DNA from: a candidate division WOR-3 bacterium
GTDB taxonomy: Bacteria; Hydrothermota; Tepidihabitantia; Tepidihabitantales; Tepidihabitantaceae
Direction of reading: 5' to 3'
NCBI GenBank assembly: GCA_965649295.1
Contig: CBFGKH010000006.1
Span: 96,001 to 160,000 of the forward strand
Length of the DNA: 64,000 bases
Below the pieces are notes generated by a model. That model saw nothing but the letters and a program-made list of their open reading frames with translations, was not told the origin of the DNA and searched no databases. The translations under genes and the position numbers were made by a program. Positions 30,616-40,040 of the stretch are shown in pieces. Position 1 is the first letter of the stretch. Every line of letters begins with the position of its first letter.

Positions 30616-30702
30616 AACTTCTGCAAGACAATCGGTTAGGTAGAGCCACCAGTCCTCGAGACCCCCTCCCCGTGGACTGTCCCGGGAGTGGTCCCCAAAG
30701 CT
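30616..30702 (+). repeat. Dispersed degenerate intergenic element, copy A
   Basis: Collinear blocks shared with the minus strand of 56371-56447. Confidence 0.55.
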
Positions 30703-31065
30703 ACCCGCAACCCCGCTGGCCGCAGCACTCTCGTAGCCCTTCTCCACTGTCCTTGCCCGCGAGCCTCCAAACCGGCCTGCGCAGGCCCTTTCTATTGGGT
30801 GAGCCATAGTCCTTCGGGCAGCCCCTGCAACAGTGCCTCTGGACAAGCCTCGCCTTCCCCTCGCATCGGCCTTCTCGCCGCTCTCTGGCCACCTCCTAGG
30901 ACTTACCCTTAGTAAGCGCTCCGAGCAGCCCCTCGTTGCCCACTCACCAGACCGCCTCCTTGCGGTCCCAACCTTGGTTTGCCGAGAGCCGTTGTTCTCG
31001 GCTCACCTGGTTACTGGCCCTCTGGTTTTTGACTTCGCGGCCCGACCCTCCTATCATTGCCAGTT

Positions 31066-32205
31066 ATGCGTCTGCTCGTTGTCAACTGGCGCTGCATCAA
31101 AAACCCGCTGGCCGGTGGTGCTGAAATCTACTTTCAGGAGATCTTTTCGCGCTTGGTCCGGCGCGGTTACGAAGTGACACTGTTGGCTGAGCGCTTTGCC
31201 GGTTCGATGCCCGAAGAGACAATTGACGGGATTCGGATCATCCGCCGGGGTGGCAAGAACACTTTCAACTTCACGGTCTATCGCCACATTGACCGGCTGG
31301 CCAAATCGCTCGAAGCCGACCTCGTGATTGACGACCTGAACAAGATTCCCTTCTATTCGCCGTGGTTTACCCGGCGGCCGGTGCTGGCGATTCTGATGCA
31401 TCTCTTCCGCGGCGCAATCTTCCACGAGACCCTACCGCCGCTTGCCGCCTATGTCTGGCTGGCAGAGAGCATCATTCCTTTGGCATATCGGAACTGCCGG
31501 TTCGCCGTGCTCTCCGAAAGCTCAAAGGCCGACACCGTCCGGCTCGGCATCCGGCCCGAGCGCATCACCGTAATTCCGCCCGGCACCGACTTCGACCGCT
31601 TCCGGCCGCCCACTAGCGCACCGGACCGCCTGACCACTGCTGTGCCGGTCGTCCTCCACGTCGGCCGCCTGAAGAAATACAAGGCCACCGACCACCTGCT
31701 TCAGGCCTCACGCCGGCTGCTCGACAAAGGGGTGAAGCATCGCGTGGTCATAGTCGGCACCGGCGATGACCTGCCGCGGCTGCGCAAGATTGCCGCCGGT
31801 CTCGGTCTGGACCCCACGGTCGAGTTCACCGGCTTTGTCTCAGAAGAAGAGAAAATAGCCTGGTACCGCCGTGCTGCGGTGCTATCTGAGAACTCGGTGA
31901 AAGAAGGTTGGGGACTGATTGTGATGGAGGCGAATGGCTGCGGCCTGCCAGTCGTGGTTGCCGACTCGCCCGGCCTGCGCGACTCCTCCCGCGACGGCAT
32001 CAACGGCCTGGTCTATCCTTACGGCGATATTCCGGCCCTGGCCGAACGGCTCGAACGGCTGCTCACCGACGAGGCCCTGCGCCAAAAGCTTGGCGAGCAG
32101 GCCATCAAATGGGCGCACCAGTGGACCTGGGATGCTGCCGCCGACCAGATGGCGGCAGTGATCGAGCAGGCAAAGACCGAAGCCGAAAAGGTAGGGGGAA
32201 GATGA
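31066..32205 (+). CDS. Glycosyltransferase family 4
   Basis: GGAEIY, VGRLKKYK, EGWGLIVMEANGCG. Confidence 0.93.
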   Translation: MRLLVVNWRCIKNPLAGGAEIYFQEIFSRLVRRGYEVTLLAERFAGSMPEETIDGIRIIRRGGKNTFNFTVYRHIDRLAKSLEADLVIDDLNKIPFYSPWFTRRPVLAILMHLFRGAIFHETLPPLAAYVWLAESIIPLAYRNCRFAVLSESSKADTVRLGIRPERITVIPPGTDFDRFRPPTSAPDRLTTAVPVVLHVGRLKKYKATDHLLQASRRLLDKGVKHRVVIVGTGDDLPRLRKIAAGLGLDPTVEFTGFVSEEEKIAWYRRAAVLSENSVKEGWGLIVMEANGCGLPVVVADSPGLRDSSRDGINGLVYPYGDIPALAERLERLLTDEALRQKLGEQAIKWAHQWTWDAAADQMAAVIEQAKTEAEKVGGR

Positions 32206-32543
32206 CCATTGTTCGTGATGGAATCACCTTGGCCGAGCTCAAGCAGCTAGCCGCTGCCCGGTTTGGCGATTATGTGAAAGCGGTTGTTGATATTGAGCGC
32301 CGCGTGATGGCAATCAGCGGTGAGCTACACTCCGATGAAGAAGATTTGCTGCTCAACGACGGCTCGCGCCAGCAGGACCTCTGGGGTATCAATCTCTACC
32401 CCGACGCCGACCCGGCTGGCTGGATCGAGTTCGATTCGATGATCAACCTGCGGCCCTCACAGGGCAATCGCAGTCGCGGGGTTGACGATGCCCAGACCCG
32501 GGCACGGATTATCGAAGTTGTCAGCTCGCTAGTGCGACGATGA
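32202..32543 (+). CDS. DUF5674-like protein
   Basis: KAVVDI, GELHSDEE, GSRQQDLWGINLYP, IEFDSMINLRP; ATGA overlap with the upstream stop. Confidence 0.75.
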   Translation: MTIVRDGITLAELKQLAAARFGDYVKAVVDIERRVMAISGELHSDEEDLLLNDGSRQQDLWGINLYPDADPAGWIEFDSMINLRPSQGNRSRGVDDAQTRARIIEVVSSLVRR

Positions 32544-32896
32544 ACTGGCAGCACCAGGACCTTGCCGCTGGCCGGTGGTTTGAACTCGACCTCATCGAGC
32601 AACTGGCGAACGTCGGTTCGGAAGTCGAACGGGCCATCAGTTGGCGCGAGAAAGGTGATGCCGAACGAAGCTGGCGCTCGTTTGAGCGGGCACTCGAACT
32701 ACTAGACCTGACCATCGCCGACCCCAAGAACCGCGGTCGGCGCCGCGAGCCCTGCCGCTGCCGTGAACTGCTCGTTGACTACTTTGCCGGCGACAATCAG
32801 TACGGTTCCTCGGACGAACTCTGGCGCCGGTACTTCCTCGGCTTCGCCTGGGCCACCCAACTCCGCCGCACTGCCCGCCGCGCGCCTCGCCCCTAG
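32540..32896 (+). CDS. Small helical hypothetical protein coupled to the DUF5674-like gene
   Basis: EQLANVGSEVERA...ERALELLDLT; ATGA overlap. Confidence 0.75.
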   Translation: MNWQHQDLAAGRWFELDLIEQLANVGSEVERAISWREKGDAERSWRSFERALELLDLTIADPKNRGRRREPCRCRELLVDYFAGDNQYGSSDELWRRYFLGFAWATQLRRTARRAPRP

Positions 32897-32961
32897 CAAC
32901 GCTGGCTTGAAATAGCCCGATTCCTTGACCCGCCCTTGATTCGGCCATAAGATTCGCCGCT

Positions 32962-33975
32962 ATGAATGAAACTCCCGCGCTGCTGTGCCGCGATGTCGTC
33001 AAGAACTTCCGTCGCGGTCGTGGCCTGAAGAAGAAGATTACCTGCGCGGTTGACCACGCGAACCTGGAGATTCGTCAGGGTGAGCTCTTCGGCCTCTTGG
33101 GCCCCAACGGCGCGGGTAAGACCACGCTCGTCCGCTGCATCGCGACGCTGCTCATTCCCGACGCAGGCACAATCAGCCTGTTCGGCCACGACGTGTTCCG
33201 CGACTCGCTCTGGTGCCGCCAGCGCATCGGACTTTTGACATCGGGCGAACGCACGCTCTACTGGAAGCTCTCGGCCCGCGCCAACCTGAACTTCTTTGCC
33301 GCGCTCTACGGCCTTTCGGGCAAGGCACGGGACAAGCGCATTGACTACCTGATTGAACTGCTCGGCCTGAAAGATGTCGAGCACGAGCGGCTCGAACGCT
33401 ACTCGTCCGGAATGAAGCAGAAGGTGTCGGTCGCCCGCGCCATTCTTCACGACCCGGACCTGATTCTGCTGGACGAACCGTCGCTCGGACTCGACCCGCA
33501 GTTTGCCCGGTTCATCCGCCAGTTCATCAAGGAAGAGCTGAACGGACGCCTGGGCAAGACGATTCTCATCACCACCCATTACATGGACGAGGCCGACGAA
33601 CTCTGCAACCGCATCGCGTTCATCAGCAAAGGCAAGATTGTTGACTGCAAGACCCCGGCCGAGTACAAACGTGACATCCCGCACACCGAAATGCTGCACA
33701 TCCGGCTGCAGGGCCGGCCTGACACATCCGGGCTTGAGCGCCTGCCCACGGTCGAGCGCGTCGCTGCCGAGCACAACGACGGCGTGACGAGCGTCCGGGT
33801 TGTCGCCCCGCGGGTCGAGACCGTGTTGGCCGACGCCATCGAGCTGCTGCGGCCCCAGGCCAAGATTCTCGGCATCGAGGTGAAACAGCCCACGCTCGAA
33901 GACGTCTTTCTCTACGTCACCGGCACGTCACTCGGCGCTGACACGAGCGAGGGCAAGCCCGAAGCGCAGCGCTAG
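32962..33975 (+). CDS. ABC-2 exporter ATP-binding protein
   Basis: GPNGAGKTT, YSSGMKQK, LLDEP, TTHYM, PTLEDVF. Confidence 0.95.
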   Translation: MNETPALLCRDVVKNFRRGRGLKKKITCAVDHANLEIRQGELFGLLGPNGAGKTTLVRCIATLLIPDAGTISLFGHDVFRDSLWCRQRIGLLTSGERTLYWKLSARANLNFFAALYGLSGKARDKRIDYLIELLGLKDVEHERLERYSSGMKQKVSVARAILHDPDLILLDEPSLGLDPQFARFIRQFIKEELNGRLGKTILITTHYMDEADELCNRIAFISKGKIVDCKTPAEYKRDIPHTEMLHIRLQGRPDTSGLERLPTVERVAAEHNDGVTSVRVVAPRVETVLADAIELLRPQAKILGIEVKQPTLEDVFLYVTGTSLGADTSEGKPEAQR

Positions 33976-33984
33976 CCTGCTGCA

Positions 33985-34815
33985 ATGTCCTTCGCGGCAA
34001 CCCTCAATGTCATCCGGGCCGAGATTGAGAAGACCTTTCGCATCTACCTGTCCTATCCGATCATCCTCGCCTTCTGGGCCATCTTTCCGCTGCTCTGGGT
34101 TTTCCCGTTCGTGTTTCAGGGCCGGGCGCTCGTCGGCGCAGCTTCGAGCGAATCGTTCCGCCAGCTCACCGGTTCGGGCAACTACATGGCGTTCGTGCTC
34201 ATCGGCGCGATGGTCTCTAACTTCGTCTTCTCCGGACTCTGGGGTGTGGGCAACTCCCTCCGCGAGGAGACCTACTGGGGCACAATGGAATACATCATCG
34301 CCTCGCCCACCCATCCACTCGTGATTCTCATCGGCAAGACCCTGGCCGAAGCCATCTCGACGCTGATTATCGTCACCTTGCAGGCAGTCGTCATCAGCCT
34401 GCTCCCGTTTGGCATCTCGTTCAGCCTTGCCAAGGTCGTGCCGGTCCTGCTGATTGTCGGCCTGCTGATGATTGGGTTCTACGGCTTCACCATTGCCTTT
34501 GCCGGCTTCACTCTGCTCATCAAGGAGGCCCACGGCTGGATTCACACCCTCGAATGGGTCTTCTTTCTCTTCTCACCCATCCGTTACCCGGTGCAGGTCA
34601 ATCCCATCACGCAGGTCGTCTCGACCCTGATACCATTGACCTGGGCGCTCGTTGCCATCCGCGGCATCATCATGCTCAACCGCAACGAGGTCAGTCTTGG
34701 TAAAACAGTCGCCATCCTGCTCGTAATGGACGCAGTCCTGCTCGTATCCGGCTGGCTCATCTTCCGCTGGCTCGAACGCAAGACCCGTAAGGACGGAACC
34801 GTCGGGATGCACTAG
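33985..34815 (+). CDS. ABC-2 permease
   Basis: About six TM helices; EETYWGTME...P motif. Confidence 0.88.
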   Translation: MSFAATLNVIRAEIEKTFRIYLSYPIILAFWAIFPLLWVFPFVFQGRALVGAASSESFRQLTGSGNYMAFVLIGAMVSNFVFSGLWGVGNSLREETYWGTMEYIIASPTHPLVILIGKTLAEAISTLIIVTLQAVVISLLPFGISFSLAKVVPVLLIVGLLMIGFYGFTIAFAGFTLLIKEAHGWIHTLEWVFFLFSPIRYPVQVNPITQVVSTLIPLTWALVAIRGIIMLNRNEVSLGKTVAILLVMDAVLLVSGWLIFRWLERKTRKDGTVGMH

Positions 34816-35730
34816 ATGAATACGGATTCACAGAGTCAAGGGGTCAGGGATTCCGGTCCGGTCGCCGGACTCCTTGCATCCTCGAATCCTGGTCTCCTTC
34901 TTCGGTTGCGCCATTACGCGAGCGCGGTCTGGGCCGAGAATATCAAAGAGTGGCGGCTCGAACTCACCTACCCAGCCGACTTCGCCCGCTCGCTCATTGA
35001 CCCGGTTGTCTATCTCTTGCCGTATCTTCTTTATGGTGTAGCCCTGGTCGGCGGCCGCCAGTCCGAGAACCTGGCAAAGCTCGTCGGCACATCCGACCTC
35101 GTCTCGTTTGTCACGCTCGGCTACATCTTCATCGGCTTCATGAACATGGCCCTCTGGGCGATGGGCTTCTCGCTGCGCAAGGAGCAGATGTACGGCACGC
35201 TCGAATCGGTCTTTGCCGCGCCGGTGCCGCGTTGGGTCTTCACCATGGGAATGGCGATGCACTCAATCCTGCACCAACTACTGATGATTGCAGTGCAGAT
35301 ACTCTTCATCGTCCTCGTCTTCAGCATCCATATCAACCCGCTCGGGCTGCTGCCATCGCTCGCCATTATCGGCCTAATGATGGTCGCGCTCTATGGCATC
35401 GGCATGGTGATGGCTTCAACCACGCTCATCTTCAAGCAGGGCTGGCTCATCTCCGAAGCCCTGGCCAGCATCCTGATGGTAATTACCCCGATTGCCTACC
35501 CGCTGGCAGTACTACCCATCTTTCTCCAGCAGGCAGCCTTGGCCGTGCCCACGACCTACGGCATTCTCACCGCTCGCCATTTCCTCCTCGGCGAGCAGAT
35601 GAGTTTCACTATTGCCGATGCGTTCCTTCGCCTCGGCATCCTGTCGGTTATCTGGGTAGCATTCGGCCTTACGGTCTTCACCCTCATTGACAGATACACC
35701 CGCCGCTCTGGCACCCTCAGTCACTACTAA
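34816..35730 (+). CDS. ABC-2 permease
   Basis: About six TM helices; EQMYGTLE...P motif. Confidence 0.88.
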   Translation: MNTDSQSQGVRDSGPVAGLLASSNPGLLLRLRHYASAVWAENIKEWRLELTYPADFARSLIDPVVYLLPYLLYGVALVGGRQSENLAKLVGTSDLVSFVTLGYIFIGFMNMALWAMGFSLRKEQMYGTLESVFAAPVPRWVFTMGMAMHSILHQLLMIAVQILFIVLVFSIHINPLGLLPSLAIIGLMMVALYGIGMVMASTTLIFKQGWLISEALASILMVITPIAYPLAVLPIFLQQAALAVPTTYGILTARHFLLGEQMSFTIADAFLRLGILSVIWVAFGLTVFTLIDRYTRRSGTLSHY

Positions 35731-35748
35731 TACTATGGCGAGCCGGAC

Positions 35749-36663
35749 ATGAAGAGGATAGCACTAATCGGCGTAACAATGGGCGACCCAGCCGGCATCG
35801 GGCCTGAGATTCTGCTCAAGGCACTGGCCGCAATGCCCAGGTTCAGGCCGGTCATCTTCGGCTCGCGCGCGGTGCTAGAGAAGGAGCAGCGCCGACTTGG
35901 CACGAGCGTTGACCTGTCACTCGTCCAAGACTGCGCACCCCGACTTGGCCGCTACCAGCTAGGCCGACCACAGAAGAACTGTGGCGAAGCAGCGTTCGCT
36001 TGCCTCGAAGCCGGCGTTACCGCGCTCCGGCAACGCACGATAGCTGCGCTGGTCACTGCCCCAGTATCAAAAGAAGCTCTGCGCCTGGCCGGGTTTCGCT
36101 GGCCAGGCCAGACCGAGTTCCTTGCTGACCGGCTTGGTGCGCGCCACACCGCGATGCTGGCTTGGACCCCGCGGTTCAAGGCGGTCTTTGTCACAATTCA
36201 TTTGCCCCTGACCCAGGTCAGCCGTCATCTCACCACCGACGCCGTTGCCGAGAAAGCCCGCCTCCTTCACGAGTTTCTCCAAGCCGAACTCGGTCGCAAG
36301 CCGCGCATCTGCTGCCTTGCGTTCAATCCCCACGGCTACGAGTTCACCCGGGGCGAAGAGAAGCGAATTGCCGCTGGCGTGAACCTAGCGCGCCAGGCCG
36401 GCATTGATGCTGTTGGCCCGATTCCAGCCGATGCTGCGATCGCCTCCCTTGCCTACGATGGTTTTGTCGCCATGTACCACGAGCAGGCGATGATTCCGGC
36501 CAAGCTGCTGGCCCATGGTCAGGGTGTCAATGTAACACTCGGGCTTGGCCGTATCCGCACTTCGCCCCTGCACGGCACTGCCTTTGACATCGCTGGACAA
36601 GGCATTGCCAGCCCCAGCTCAATGCTGGCAGCTATTCGCCTGGCCCGGCGCCTCGCTCGCTAG
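35749..36663 (+). CDS. pdxA: PdxA family 4-hydroxythreonine-4-phosphate dehydrogenase
   Basis: TMGDPAGIGPE, TAPVSKE, NPH, AMYHEQ, RTSPLHGTAFDIAG. Confidence 0.9.
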   Translation: MKRIALIGVTMGDPAGIGPEILLKALAAMPRFRPVIFGSRAVLEKEQRRLGTSVDLSLVQDCAPRLGRYQLGRPQKNCGEAAFACLEAGVTALRQRTIAALVTAPVSKEALRLAGFRWPGQTEFLADRLGARHTAMLAWTPRFKAVFVTIHLPLTQVSRHLTTDAVAEKARLLHEFLQAELGRKPRICCLAFNPHGYEFTRGEEKRIAAGVNLARQAGIDAVGPIPADAAIASLAYDGFVAMYHEQAMIPAKLLAHGQGVNVTLGLGRIRTSPLHGTAFDIAGQGIASPSSMLAAIRLARRLAR

Positions 36664-36682
36664 TTCAGAAAATACAACCTAG

Positions 36683-36825
36683 GAAAACCGGCCGGCAAAG
36701 AGGCGGGCGACGGCGTGGGGTCAGGCGGGTGGGATGATGTTGGTCCAGCGAGATGGGCCTCACCAGACCCTGTGGAGGTTGAGATGCTCTGCCGCCTGAG
36801 GCCGCCGCCCTGCCTCACCAATCGC
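36683..36825 (-). ncRNA. Candidate structured small RNA (long hairpin with central C-rich bubble)
   Basis: TTGACA at 36854-36859 upstream; nested stems GAGGC.GGGCGGCGGC/GCCGTCGCCC.GCCTC, TCAGGCGG/CCGCCTGA, GGTCTGGTGAG/CTCGCTGGACC; ends near GGTTTT. Confidence 0.5.
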
Positions 36826-36896
36826 AACTTATATTTAGTCTGGAACAAGCCGCTGTCAAGTATTATTGCAACTGGCCAGAAATTCGCTGGTTAGGT

Positions 36897-38066
36897 CTAG
36901 TGGTGGAACAGCCTTAGCCCGGTGAAGACCATCACCATGCCATATTCGTCAGCAGCACGGATAATCCCATCGTCACGGGTCGAACCGCCGGTCTGAATGA
37001 TGTAGCGCACTCCGGTGCGCGCGGCCCGGTCAATATTGTCGCGGAACGGAATGAAAGCGTCTGAGCCAAGGCAGATGCTGTCAAACCGACTGAGCCATTC
37101 ATCCTTTTCCTGCCGCGACAGCCGTTCCGGTACCGCGCTGAAGTTGAGCTTCCAGGCAGCAAGCTCGGCCTCGGTCACATCCTCTTCGAGATAGAGGTCA
37201 ATAGCCGTTGCCTTCTCTGACCGACTAACCCCGCGCTTGAACGGCAGGCCCCGCACCTTTGGGTGCAAGCGCAGTAGCCACTTCTCGGCTTTCTGGCAGG
37301 CCAGGCGCGTGCAGTGAATCCGCGACTGCTGGCCGGCACCGACGCCGATCACCTGTCCGTCCCAGACCAAGCAGATTGAGTTCGACTGCGTGTACTTCAG
37401 CACCAGTTCGGCAATCAGTAGGTCGGTGGCCACCGCCGCCGGAATCTGCTTCTTGACCGTAACGACCTTGTCAAGGAGGGCCGCACTGATGACCGCGCTG
37501 TTGCGGGCCTGCTCGAGGGTGATGCCGAACACGGTCCGCTGCTCCAGTTCCGGTGGCACAAAGTTTGGGTCAATCAACAGAATCGGAAACCGACCCGACT
37601 TCTTCTTGCGCAGCAGTTCGAGCGCGGCCGGCTCATAACCGGGCGCGATACAGCCGTCCGAAACCTCCCGGTCGAGAATCGCCGCTGTCGGTTCATCAAC
37701 CGGTTCTGAGAATGCGGCCCAGTCACCAAACGACGACATCCGGTCAGCACCGCGGGCCCGCACGTAGGCGGTTGCCAACGGCGAAAGCTCGGCCTTGCCG
37801 ACAAAGAGCGACTCGGCCAGCTCTGGTGATAGCGGCCGGGCAATCGCCGCGCCAGCCGGGCTCGTATGCTTGAACGAAGCTGCTGCTGGCTGGCCGGTTA
37901 GCTGGCCCAGCTCCCGCACTAACTGCCACGAGTTCAACGCATCAAGCAGATTGATGTAGCTGGGTGCGCCGTTGAGGACTCGTAGCGGCAGGGTGCCTTC
38001 GGTCACAAATGCCCGCGCCGGCACCTGGTGCGGGTTGATCCCATAACGGAGTTTCAGTTCATCCAT
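36897..38066 (-). CDS. purH: AICAR formyltransferase (PurH transformylase domain only)
   Basis: LRYGINPHQ, SFKHTSPAG, KYTQSNS, GAGQQSRIHC, SDAF, RLFHH. Confidence 0.9.
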   Translation of the reverse strand: MDELKLRYGINPHQVPARAFVTEGTLPLRVLNGAPSYINLLDALNSWQLVRELGQLTGQPAAASFKHTSPAGAAIARPLSPELAESLFVGKAELSPLATAYVRARGADRMSSFGDWAAFSEPVDEPTAAILDREVSDGCIAPGYEPAALELLRKKKSGRFPILLIDPNFVPPELEQRTVFGITLEQARNSAVISAALLDKVVTVKKQIPAAVATDLLIAELVLKYTQSNSICLVWDGQVIGVGAGQQSRIHCTRLACQKAEKWLLRLHPKVRGLPFKRGVSRSEKATAIDLYLEEDVTEAELAAWKLNFSAVPERLSRQEKDEWLSRFDSICLGSDAFIPFRDNIDRAARTGVRYIIQTGGSTRDDGIIRAADEYGMVMVFTGLRLFHH

Positions 38067-38098
38067 AGGCAGTCTTGATCACGACCTTCGCTCCAACC

Positions 38099-38134
38099 GT
38101 CATTCCGCGGCCGCGGTGCGGCCGCGGAATCGCC
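38099..38134 (+). repeat. REP-like palindrome GTCATTCCG...GGAATC
   Basis: GTCATTCCGCGGCCGC-GGT-GCGGCCGCGGAATC; relatives at 56054 and 62243. Confidence 0.65.
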
Positions 38135-38208
38135 GCTCGCACCGGCGGAACTAACTTCTTGCTGTCTTTGTGCTCTTTGTGGTGAAATCTGGTGCTGGTC
38201 CCGCATGC

Positions 38209-40032
38209 TCACTCCACCGTCACGCTCTTGGCTAGGTTGCGCGGCTTGTCCACATCGCAGCCGCGGAGAACCGCAGCGTGATACGCAAGTAGTTGCAGCG
38301 GCAGCGCAACGAGAATTGGCGATAGATACTCTGGTGTCGGCGGCAGGTAGAAGACGTCTTCAGCCAACTCAGCCAAGGCCCGGTCGCCGACCGTCCCCAC
38401 GGCGATTATCCGCCCCTTGCGCGCTTTGGCCTCGGCCAGATTGGAGATCATCTTATCGTACACCGAACCCTGCGGCGCGATACCAATGACCGGCACGCCA
38501 TCGGTAATGAGTGATATTGGGCCGTGCTTCATCTCGCCAGCCGGATAACCAGTAGCATGGACGTAGGCGACCTCTTTCAACTTCAGTGCACCCTCAAGGG
38601 CTGAAGGATAGTTGATGCCCCGGCCGAGGAATATGAAGTCGTGCTCTTTGACCAGCTTCGCGGCCGTCTCCCGCACCCGGGCATCAAGCCCAAGACAGGC
38701 CCGAAGCTGCTCGGGCAGCCGGCGCACCGCCCGGCGAATCTCGGCGTATTTCTCATCGGGCAGGCTATGACGCACCCGGGCAAAATAGAGCGCCACTGCC
38801 AATAGCGTCAGGATTTGAGCTGTGTAGGCTTTGGTCGAGGCGACGCCAATCTCAGGCCCGGCATGGATATAGACCGACGAATCTGCCTCACGGTCAATGG
38901 AGGAACGCCGGGTATTGAGAATCGCCAGTGACTTGATGTCGCGGCACTGGGCCTCGCGCAGAGCTGCCAGCGTGTCGGCCGTCTCACCCGACTGGCTAAT
39001 CGGCAGCATCAGGGTCCGACCATCGTAGATGAACTCGGAGGTGCGCAGCTCCGACGAAATCTCCACCGACACCGGTATCCGGCAGAATTTCTCGAAGTAG
39101 TAGCGGCCGATCAGACCGGCGTGATAGGAGGTACCGCAGGCCTGAATCACAATCCGCTCGACCCGTTCGACCTCGTCCGGATAGAGCAGAAACTCTGGGT
39201 CCAGCGCGATGCGGTCAGCGTGGAATCGGCGCTCGACATTTTCTTCTATTACCCGCGGCTGCTCGAAAATCTCCTTACGCATGAAGTGCGGATAGCGGCC
39301 GCGCGTCACCGCCTTCGCCTTCAGCTCCAGCGCCGAGAAGCTGCGCCGTACCGGTCGCCCCTGCAGGTCGGTAAGCTGTACTCGCTCCCGGGTAATGATG
39401 GCAATCTCGCCGTCCTGCATTGGCAGCATCTTGCGGGCGACCCCGGCCAGCGCCGTGGCGTCAGAAGCCAGAATCGTCTCACCCTTGCCCAGCCCGATAA
39501 TCAACGGCGAGCCGGTTTTCACCGCATAAAGCCGGTCCGGCTCGCGGGTTGAGACCACCGCAATCGCATAAGCGCCCCGCAGCCGGGCCGCTGCCCGGCG
39601 CAGGGCCAAGGCCAGGTCGCGCTTGTAGTAGCTCTCAATCAGGTGCACAATAACCTCGGTGTCGGTTGTCGAGACAAACTTGTGGCCCTGCTTTAGTAGT
39701 TGCTCGCGCAGCTCGCGGTAGTTCTCAATAATGCCGTTGTGCACCAGGGCAATCGTCCCGGTGCAGTCGGCAAACGGGTGGGCGTTCTCATCGGTCACGC
39801 GACCGTGCGTTGCCCAGCGAGTGTGGCCGACACCGAGCGAACCAGGCAGACTCTCCTGGGCGAGCAGTTCTTTCAGCTTGGCCAGCCGGCCCGCGGTCTT
39901 GCGAATGTGCAGACCGTCATCAACCGTGGCGATGCCACAGGAGTCGTAGCCGCGGTATTCCAGCCGCTCCAGCCCGACCAAGATGACCGTCGCGACGTTT
40001 CTTGGCCCGACGTAACCAACGATACCACACAT
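38209..40032 (-). CDS. glmS: Glutamine--fructose-6-phosphate aminotransferase
   Basis: MCGIVG, LEYRGYDS, HTRWATHG, PRNLAKSVTVE. Confidence 0.98.
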   Translation of the reverse strand: MCGIVGYVGPRNVATVILVGLERLEYRGYDSCGIATVDDGLHIRKTAGRLAKLKELLAQESLPGSLGVGHTRWATHGRVTDENAHPFADCTGTIALVHNGIIENYRELREQLLKQGHKFVSTTDTEVIVHLIESYYKRDLALALRRAAARLRGAYAIAVVSTREPDRLYAVKTGSPLIIGLGKGETILASDATALAGVARKMLPMQDGEIAIITRERVQLTDLQGRPVRRSFSALELKAKAVTRGRYPHFMRKEIFEQPRVIEENVERRFHADRIALDPEFLLYPDEVERVERIVIQACGTSYHAGLIGRYYFEKFCRIPVSVEISSELRTSEFIYDGRTLMLPISQSGETADTLAALREAQCRDIKSLAILNTRRSSIDREADSSVYIHAGPEIGVASTKAYTAQILTLLAVALYFARVRHSLPDEKYAEIRRAVRRLPEQLRACLGLDARVRETAAKLVKEHDFIFLGRGINYPSALEGALKLKEVAYVHATGYPAGEMKHGPISLITDGVPVIGIAPQGSVYDKMISNLAEAKARKGRIIAVGTVGDRALAELAEDVFYLPPTPEYLSPILVALPLQLLAYHAAVLRGCDVDKPRNLAKSVTVE

Positions 40033-40040
40033 CGCCGGCG

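Noticed and set aside
36784..36894. Plus-strand 36-aa ORF behind GGAGGT
   Set aside because: No plus-strand promoter seen and the peptide is unremarkable; the minus-strand RNA structure explains the sequence better
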